Shown piece after piece: positions 57,963 to 64,000 of a DNA stretch of 64,000 bases; positions within the stretch are counted from its first letter, which is position 1; every line of letters begins with the position of its first letter. Source of the DNA: Candidatus Latescibacterota bacterium (GTDB taxonomy: Bacteria > Latescibacterota > UBA2968 > UBA8231). The stretch covers positions 3,680,001 to 3,744,000 of the forward strand of contig OZ253462.1 of NCBI GenBank assembly GCA_965261395.1. Direction: 5' to 3'. The notes under the pieces are model-generated. The model did no database searches. It was not told where the DNA came from and saw only the letters and a list, made by a program, of their open reading frames with translations. A program made the translations under genes and the position numbers.

Positions 57963-58047
57963 ATCCGCAGATGGACGCAGATGGACGCAGAATAGACGAT
58001 CCGTATCTTGCATCGTTCAAGTCCTATATCTGCGTCATCTGCGGATT
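57962..58047. repeat. Palindromic intergenic repeat (CGCAGAT-type) between convergent genes
   Basis: ATCCGCAGATGGACGCAGATGGACGCAGA ... TCTGCGTCATCTGCGGAT. Confidence 0.7.
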
Positions 58048-58055
58048 GTTTCATA

Positions 58056-59342
58056 CTACAGATACTGCTCGTACACGGCGAGCGTCCCCGCGGCCATAGC
58101 GTCGGCGTGGAAGCGACGGTGGACCGCCGCTTTGCCAATTTGTCCGAGCTGGCGTCTGCGCTTTTCGTCGCGCAGCAGTGCGGCAAGTTCGTTGGCTAGG
58201 GGCTCTGGGGAATCGGGTTTGACGAGGAGACCGCCGCCGGTAGCCGCGATCAGCTCGGGGAATGCACCGTGGTCGGGTTGTACGACCGGGATGCCGTTGG
58301 CTAGGGCTTCGAGGACCGGTAGGCCCTTGGGGTCGGCGTAAACCGAAGGCACGGAAAAGACGTGGAGCGAAGAGAGCAGGCGGATTTTTTCGCGGCGATC
58401 GACTGCGCCGTGATAGGTGAACGAGTCGGCCAGCCCCCAGCGGCGGATTTTTTGTACCTGTTCGGCGAAGTAGGGCTTGTCGTATGCACTGAGGTAGCCG
58501 GCGGCTTCGAGGCGCAGGGAGGCAAACTCGGGCTGCTCTTTTAACTGCTGGAAGGCATCGACGAGCAGGTGAAAGCCCTTTTCGGGGCAGATGCGGGCGA
58601 GGTAGCCGATTTTGTAGGGGCCGTCGGCGGGCGGCGGTGGCTCTTGCCCGTGTCCGGTCAGGTTGAGGCCGAGCGGCACCACGTGGATTTTTGTCTGCGG
58701 CACCTGTAGGTACTCACTCATGTACTCTTGGTAATACGCACACGGGGCAATGAAGGCGTCGATGTCTTGGGCGCGTTGGCGCAGGGTGTTCAGGGCTTGG
58801 GTCTTCCAAGGTTCGACTAGGCCATCTAAGAACAGGTCCTCGCCTTGGAGGGCGCAGAGGACGGGGACGCCTAATTGTGCTTTCAATTGCCGGGCCATGC
58901 CGACGAACATGGCGTTGGTTAGCTGAATGAGGTCGGGTTTGAAGTCGCGCTGGAGCCAAGCGACGAGACGGGTGAGTTCCTTTTGTTGGTTCCCATCCTC
59001 GCCGGCGAGGATCGAGACGGTGAGCGGCCCCAGATCGCGGGCATTGGTAGAGGAGCCAAAGTGCGCGAGGGTGCGGATCAGGAATGGGGAGTCGAGGACG
59101 CGGTCGAAAATGCGGTGCGTGCGGCGAAAAAACGACCACTGCTGTTGCAGGAAGATGTTGACGCCGCCGTAGAAAACGCGGTCGAGCGAGACGTTTTCCT
59201 CGTCCGTGCGCAGCGGCGTATAGGTTGGGATGAGGGCGACATCGGCGTCGCGGCGCGCTAAGGCGGCAGCGAGCGCGTTGTCGTGGATGCAACTGCCGCA
59301 GTACATGCCGGCGGCACCGGCCGTGATATAGGCGAGGCGCAT
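58056..59342 (-). CDS. GT-B glycosyltransferase family 4 with N-terminal CGSC motif
   Basis: GYLARICPEKG, KGLPVLEALANGIPVV, HGAFPE. Confidence 0.88.
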   Translation of the reverse strand: MRLAYITAGAAGMYCGSCIHDNALAAALARRDADVALIPTYTPLRTDEENVSLDRVFYGGVNIFLQQQWSFFRRTHRIFDRVLDSPFLIRTLAHFGSSTNARDLGPLTVSILAGEDGNQQKELTRLVAWLQRDFKPDLIQLTNAMFVGMARQLKAQLGVPVLCALQGEDLFLDGLVEPWKTQALNTLRQRAQDIDAFIAPCAYYQEYMSEYLQVPQTKIHVVPLGLNLTGHGQEPPPPADGPYKIGYLARICPEKGFHLLVDAFQQLKEQPEFASLRLEAAGYLSAYDKPYFAEQVQKIRRWGLADSFTYHGAVDRREKIRLLSSLHVFSVPSVYADPKGLPVLEALANGIPVVQPDHGAFPELIAATGGGLLVKPDSPEPLANELAALLRDEKRRRQLGQIGKAAVHRRFHADAMAAGTLAVYEQYL

Positions 59343-59344
59343 CG

Positions 59345-60799
59345 TTAGAAGAATTTATCGATGGTGTCTTTGGCTGGTGGCTTGGTCAGCAGCGAGCCGA
59401 CGATCATGGCCACGGCAGAAGCAGCTAGGATCACCACCACGGGCATTACCCCGGTCATGCCGACGGTATAGCCGGGGACTTTCCACCCCTGAAAGAAGAA
59501 ATAGCACCACAGCGCGGCCACGGTGAGCACAGAGGCAAAGGCACCGTACTGGGTGCTGCGCTTCCAGAACAGGGCGGCGACGACCACCGGGAAGAGCGCT
59601 GCAAAGCCGGTGAAGGACCAGATGGCGAGAGAGAAGATGCTGCGGGCCGAGACCAGCGAGAGCAGGTAGGTAACGGCGAAGATGGCGATTACGAAGAGGC
59701 GGCCCCACAGGACTTGGGCCTTTTCGCTCAACTCGTCGCCCTTGCGGTAGTGCCGGACGATGTCCTGGGTGAACATGTTGCTGATGGAGAGCACCTGCGA
59801 GTCGAGCGAGGACATAATGGCGGCAAAGACCCCGGCGGCGAGCAGGCCGGCTAGGGCACCGGGGGCGTGTAGGTCGATCATCTTGACTAGCACTGAGTTT
59901 GCTGCCGCGCCCTTGAGGCCGGGGAAGTCAATGCTGCCGAAGATGCCCAAGAGCACGCTGGGAATCCAGACGATGGCGATGCACAGCGGGTAGAACATCA
60001 GCGGCCAGCGAAAGGTGCGGGCGCTTTTAGCGGTGAGCCAATGGGTAAAGAGGTGGGGGAACATGCCGACCGAGAGCGGGATGCAGGTGTAGGTTAAAAG
60101 TTTGATCGGGCTGATATTGTCCCCCTTGATCAGCAGCTCGGGGTGCGCCGCCGTGACTTGTGCTAACGCGCGGTCCAGCCCGCCTAGCTTATCGACGATG
60201 ACGAAGAAGGCCACACCGCCGAGAATCATAAAGACCAGCGTTTGGAAGGCGTTGGCCCAGGCGGTGCCGCGCATGCCGCCGAAGCTGACGTAGGCCAGTA
60301 CCACCAAGCAGACCAGCATGCCGCCGGCCCATTGGGGGATCTGCCCTTTGGTGATTTGGGCGAGGGTGATGCCGCCGCCCATGACGCCAATGAGCAGGTA
60401 GGGGATCAGCAGCGCGATCATGACCACGAAGAGCAGGAGACCCAAGCCGTCGGAGTCCCAGCGGCGACGGAAGTACTGGACCTGCGTGAGGAGGTTGTGG
60501 CGCTTGCCGAGTGCCCAGACGCGGGTGCCGATGAAGAAGAAGACGGTGGGGATAATCAGGGCCGAGGCCGAAGGCATCAGGGCAAAGACGCCGATACCGG
60601 TGTGGTAGGCTTCGCCGGAGGCCCCCAAAATGGCGAACGCGGTCATGTTGGTGCCAAACAGCGACATCAGCAGTAGGAAGGGGCCGATGGAGCGGCTGGC
60701 GACAAAGTAGTCCTCGCCAGTGCCGCGAAAGAAGCGATTGGAGAGGACGCCGATGCAGAGTACTAGGCCTAGGTAGCAGAAGATGATGGTCGTTGTCAT
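59345..60799 (-). CDS. Sodium:solute symporter family protein
   Basis: EDYFVASR, GGMRGTAW, AAIMSSLDSQ; ATG 60799 overlaps the upstream stop. Confidence 0.92.
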   Translation of the reverse strand: MTTTIIFCYLGLVLCIGVLSNRFFRGTGEDYFVASRSIGPFLLLMSLFGTNMTAFAILGASGEAYHTGIGVFALMPSASALIIPTVFFFIGTRVWALGKRHNLLTQVQYFRRRWDSDGLGLLLFVVMIALLIPYLLIGVMGGGITLAQITKGQIPQWAGGMLVCLVVLAYVSFGGMRGTAWANAFQTLVFMILGGVAFFVIVDKLGGLDRALAQVTAAHPELLIKGDNISPIKLLTYTCIPLSVGMFPHLFTHWLTAKSARTFRWPLMFYPLCIAIVWIPSVLLGIFGSIDFPGLKGAAANSVLVKMIDLHAPGALAGLLAAGVFAAIMSSLDSQVLSISNMFTQDIVRHYRKGDELSEKAQVLWGRLFVIAIFAVTYLLSLVSARSIFSLAIWSFTGFAALFPVVVAALFWKRSTQYGAFASVLTVAALWCYFFFQGWKVPGYTVGMTGVMPVVVILAASAVAMIVGSLLTKPPAKDTIDKFF

Positions 60800-61020
60800 G
60801 CGGCTTGCTCCTCGTCCTCGGCGTCCAGCTCGGACGGCCAAGCGTAGTTGACCAGCAAGACCATTAGCCCGGTGGCGGCCACGCAGAAGCCGATGTGGTA
60901 GAGCAAGCCGATGGGCAGCCCCCAGACGATGCGCGGATCGTCCCAGAGCCAGAGGTCGTTGTGCAGGAGGTAGAGGACCAGAAGCCCCAAGTAGAGGAGT
61001 CGGCGGACGGTGGCGTTCAT
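60796..61020 (-). CDS. Small two-TM symporter-accessory protein (DUF3311-like)
   Basis: 74 aa, LHND.WLW...GLPIGL.YH, directly upstream of the SSS gene. Confidence 0.75.
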   Translation of the reverse strand: MNATVRRLLYLGLLVLYLLHNDLWLWDDPRIVWGLPIGLLYHIGFCVAATGLMVLLVNYAWPSELDAEDEEQAA

Positions 61021-62273
61021 GGTGTTGCTCCTGAAGGTTGCGGGGTTAAGGGGACGGCGGCGGGCATCTGGCAGACCTCGCTCATCGGCCCGAAAATAGG
61101 CTCGACGCGTTCACTGAAGAGGTTGCCGCTCAGAACGTCGACGACCCCTTGTTTGCACTCGGGATGGCGTTTGAGGAATTCGGCGAAGCTGAAGTCCTTG
61201 GAGTAGAAGGCGTACACCATTTTGCGCACCGCCTCCATGCCGCGCACTAGCTCCGACCCAAAACCGCCCAACTGCTCGGCAGAGAGGTCCCCTTTGGCAA
61301 AGGCTTCGGCGATGGCGTCGGCGGCCATCTCGCCGGATTTGAGGGCTAGGTACACGCCCGAGGAGTACATCGGGTCGAGAAAACAAAAGGCGTCGCCGAC
61401 CAGCACCCAGCCCTCGCCGGCGATGCGGCTGGCGCGGTAGGAAAAGTCCTTGGTGGTCTTGACCGGAAAGAGTTGCTCAGCGTTTTGCAGGCGCTCCTGC
61501 ATGGGTCGGCATTTGGCCAGCTCTTGGTCGAAGATGGTCTGCGCGTCTTCTCTGCGGCCTTGGACCAAGTAGGAGATTGCGCCGACCACGCCGACGCTGA
61601 CCTTGTCGTCGGGCAGGGGAATGTACCAAAACCAGGAGTCCCGGTTTTCGGTGTGGAGGATCAAGGTCGCGCCCTCGTCGATGCCCTCGTCGCGCTGGCC
61701 GCCGCGATAGTGGGTGTAGATCGAAGCCTTCTTCAGCTCGGGCTCGGGCTGGGTCAGCTTGAGTTTGCGGCCGATCAGCGCACTCTGGCCGGTGGCATCG
61801 ACGACGACTTGGGCGGCAAAATCGCGGGTTTGACCGTCGGCGAGCTTGGCGCGCACGCCCCTTGCGCGGTCTCCCTTGAACAGCACTTCGAGGACTCGGG
61901 CACCTTGATGCACTTGAGTGCCTTTGGCGCGGGCGTTGTCGAGGAGCATCTCGTCGAATGGACCGCGCAGGACCTGCCAAGTTACCGCACTCTCGTGGGG
62001 GTTGGTGTCAGAAAAGTAAAAGGGTGCCGAGCCGCGACCCGACTTGCCGAAAAACTGCACGCTGTGCTTGCGGGGAAAGGCGCTGTCTTTGAGTCGGCCG
62101 AGCACGCCGAGCCGTTTGAACGTCCAGTAGGTATCCGGCATCAGGGACTCGCCGATCGCGAAGCGGGGGAACTGCTCCCGCTCGAAGAGCCGAACTTGGC
62201 GGCCGGTTGCAGCGACGAGGGCGGCTACGGTGCTGCCAGCGGGGCCACCGCCGATGACGATGACGTCGCTCAC
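61017..62273 (-). CDS. Flavin-dependent halogenase-like oxidoreductase
   Basis: GGGPAG, FPRFAIGESL, FPRK, WFWYIP (WxWxIP), GDAFCFLDPMYSSG. Confidence 0.85.
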   Translation of the reverse strand: MSDVIVIGGGPAGSTVAALVAATGRQVRLFEREQFPRFAIGESLMPDTYWTFKRLGVLGRLKDSAFPRKHSVQFFGKSGRGSAPFYFSDTNPHESAVTWQVLRGPFDEMLLDNARAKGTQVHQGARVLEVLFKGDRARGVRAKLADGQTRDFAAQVVVDATGQSALIGRKLKLTQPEPELKKASIYTHYRGGQRDEGIDEGATLILHTENRDSWFWYIPLPDDKVSVGVVGAISYLVQGRREDAQTIFDQELAKCRPMQERLQNAEQLFPVKTTKDFSYRASRIAGEGWVLVGDAFCFLDPMYSSGVYLALKSGEMAADAIAEAFAKGDLSAEQLGGFGSELVRGMEAVRKMVYAFYSKDFSFAEFLKRHPECKQGVVDVLSGNLFSERVEPIFGPMSEVCQMPAAVPLTPQPSGATP

Positions 62274-63547
62274 GTGTGGCTCCTGTGATCGGTGAAGCGC
62301 CGGGCTTTGAGTTCAAAGCGCGGCAGGGTATTCGGCGCGGCAATTTGGATGTCGGCGCGCAGGCCCAGCCGGTGGGCGAGGGCACGGGCGACTTGGTCGG
62401 CGGTGTCGTTGGCGTCGCCGTTGAGTTCTAGGCGCACCTCCAACTCGTCCAGTGCCCTGCGTCGGTGGACGTCAACGGCGAATTCGGTGACCGCGGGGAA
62501 CTGGCGCACGACGTTTTCGATAGCGCTGGGATAGACGACCACGCCGCGGATGAGCAAGGCATCGTCGAGGCGGCCGGTGACGCCGCCTTGAAGCCGCTGG
62601 AAGGTGCGGCCGCAAGCACAGAGCGTGCGATTGAGCGCGACGCGATCGCCGGTGCGGTAGCGGAGGACCGGCATCCCCGTGCGGCCGAGATTGGTGATGA
62701 CCAGCTCGCCCTCGTCGGCGGGTGCGCCGTTTTGTGGATCGACGACCGCGCAGATGAACTCGCCTTCGTTGAGATGCAAGCCAGCCTGTTGGCAGCAGTC
62801 GAAACCCCAAGCGCCGACCTCGGTGGCTCCGGCGTGGTCGAAGCAGCGGGCACCCCAAGTGCGTTCGATTTGGGCGCGGGTAGCCGGGAGATTCGCGCCC
62901 GGCTCGCCAGCGTGGATGGTGGTGTGTACGCTGCTGGCGGCGAGGTCGAGGCCGCGGTCGCGGGCGACTTCGCCCAAGTGCAAGGCATAGGTCGGGGTAC
63001 AGACGAGGACGGTGATTTCGTTTTCGACGATGGCGTCTAGGCGCTGCGCCGAAGACATGCCGCCGCCGGGGACGCTCAGCGCGCCGATGTGGCTGGCTCC
63101 TTGGTGCCCGCTCCAGAAGCCGATGAAGGGGCCAAAGGAGAAGGCGAAAAAGATGCGATCGCGGTCGCCGACGCCAGCGGCGCGATAGACCTGGGCCCAG
63201 CAGCGGCCCCACCAGTCCCAGCTTTCGGCCGTGTCGAGCCAGCGCAGGCGTTGGCCGGTGGTGCCGGAGGTTTGATGGATGCGGGTGTAGCATTCGGGTG
63301 GATAGGTGAGGTTGGTGCCATAGGGGGGATGCGCGACTTGGTCGGCAGACAGTTCGGCGCGGGTGGTAAAGGGGAGGCGGGCCAAGTCGTCGAGAGCGGC
63401 GATGTCCTCGGCTCGCGTGATGCCGGCCGCGTTGAGCTTTTGGCGGTAAAATGCGTTGGTCGCCAGTACAGGGCCTAGCAGGGTGTGCAGGCGGTTGAGC
63501 TGATGCTCCGTCAGCGCGTCGCGGCTGAGGCGTTCGCAGGCACTCAT
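62270..63547 (-). CDS. Phenylacetate-CoA ligase (PaaK)-like AMP-binding enzyme
   Basis: LPFTT, TSGTTG, AGEPG, GATE, RYRTGD, GRLDD; ATG 63547 overlaps the receptor stop. Confidence 0.88.
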   Translation of the reverse strand: MSACERLSRDALTEHQLNRLHTLLGPVLATNAFYRQKLNAAGITRAEDIAALDDLARLPFTTRAELSADQVAHPPYGTNLTYPPECYTRIHQTSGTTGQRLRWLDTAESWDWWGRCWAQVYRAAGVGDRDRIFFAFSFGPFIGFWSGHQGASHIGALSVPGGGMSSAQRLDAIVENEITVLVCTPTYALHLGEVARDRGLDLAASSVHTTIHAGEPGANLPATRAQIERTWGARCFDHAGATEVGAWGFDCCQQAGLHLNEGEFICAVVDPQNGAPADEGELVITNLGRTGMPVLRYRTGDRVALNRTLCACGRTFQRLQGGVTGRLDDALLIRGVVVYPSAIENVVRQFPAVTEFAVDVHRRRALDELEVRLELNGDANDTADQVARALAHRLGLRADIQIAAPNTLPRFELKARRFTDHRSHT

Positions 63548-64000
63548 AGCGAATAACCGAAGGTCGCCTTGAAGGAGAAAGGGGCCGCCGGGATGACCGA
63601 GGTGCTCCCGAAGCCTCGGGTCTCGTATTCGCTGCCGGTCGCATTCTTGAGGTTGATCCGCAGCAGCCCCGGACCCCGCCGATAGGTCAGCCCGCAGTCG
63701 AGCGTCAGCACGCCGTCGATCTGATAGACATTGTCCTCGGCCACGAACTGGCTGCCGACGTAGCGGATGCCAGCGGCCAAGGTGAGGTTTTCGCCCAAGT
63801 CGCGGGCGGCCCACAGCGTCAAAAGGTGTTCGGGCGCGAAGGCCGGCACATTGCCCGTGCGGTCGAAGACTTGGGGGACGAAGCCCTCGGCGGTGGGGAC
63901 GAATACGGATTCGTTGAAGCGCGTCAGCTCGGCGTCTAAAACGGCATAGGTGCCTTGGGCGTACCATCCCTGGGCCAGACGCGCTGCCAGTTCCAACTCT
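63544..64000 (-). CDS. TonB-dependent receptor, C-terminal part (runs off the window)
   Basis: GNVPAFAPEH, GIRYVGSQF, LRINLKNAT...Y, terminal FGYSL beta-strand. Confidence 0.85.
   Translation of the reverse strand, partial: ELELAARLAQGWYAQGTYAVLDAELTRFNESVFVPTAEGFVPQVFDRTGNVPAFAPEHLLTLWAARDLGENLTLAAGIRYVGSQFVAEDNVYQIDGVLTLDCGLTYRRGPGLLRINLKNATGSEYETRGFGSTSVIPAAPFSFKATFGYSL

Overview
This is a high-GC bacterial window, probably from the Latescibacterota/Handelsmanbacteria/Gemmatimonadota group. That placement is an inference from the DUF6785-type membrane proteins, the FlgD-like Ig tails and a C-terminal 'SWGRIK' motif. Main contents: (1) three paralogous DUF6785/6784-type polytopic membrane proteins, one of them head-to-head with a lone family-5 solute-binding protein; (2) trkAH, rhaM and assorted catabolic enzymes; (3) four type II toxin-antitoxin pairs; (4) two apparently identical 1086-bp IS630 copies in inverted orientation. 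One IS630 splits a 12-repeat TolB-like surface protein and the other splits a hidden HEPN-like RNase gene, and both targets rejoin in frame. (5) A ~15-kb co-oriented uncharacterised envelope cluster (18.1-33.5 kb): one SWGRIK-tailed protein, three paralogous TPNGDGVND/FlgD-tailed proteins, two paralogous ~930-aa Asp/Asn-rich putative beta-barrel proteins and a PPIase lipoprotein. This is the best candidate for an undescribed system. (6) A minus-strand TonB receptor / aryl-CoA ligase / flavin halogenase / Na+ symporter / GT4 ... thioesterase / ABC exporter cluster, interrupted by a ~4-kb block (LysR, HAD remnant, methyltransferase, short divergent PurA, higBA). Also present: a 227-bp duplicated gene 3' end, internally deleted tnpB and HAD relics, a MITE-like element, REP-like palindromes and a short telomere-like tract. 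No rRNA, tRNA or CRISPR array was recognised. All family calls are by eye from motifs, with no database searches.
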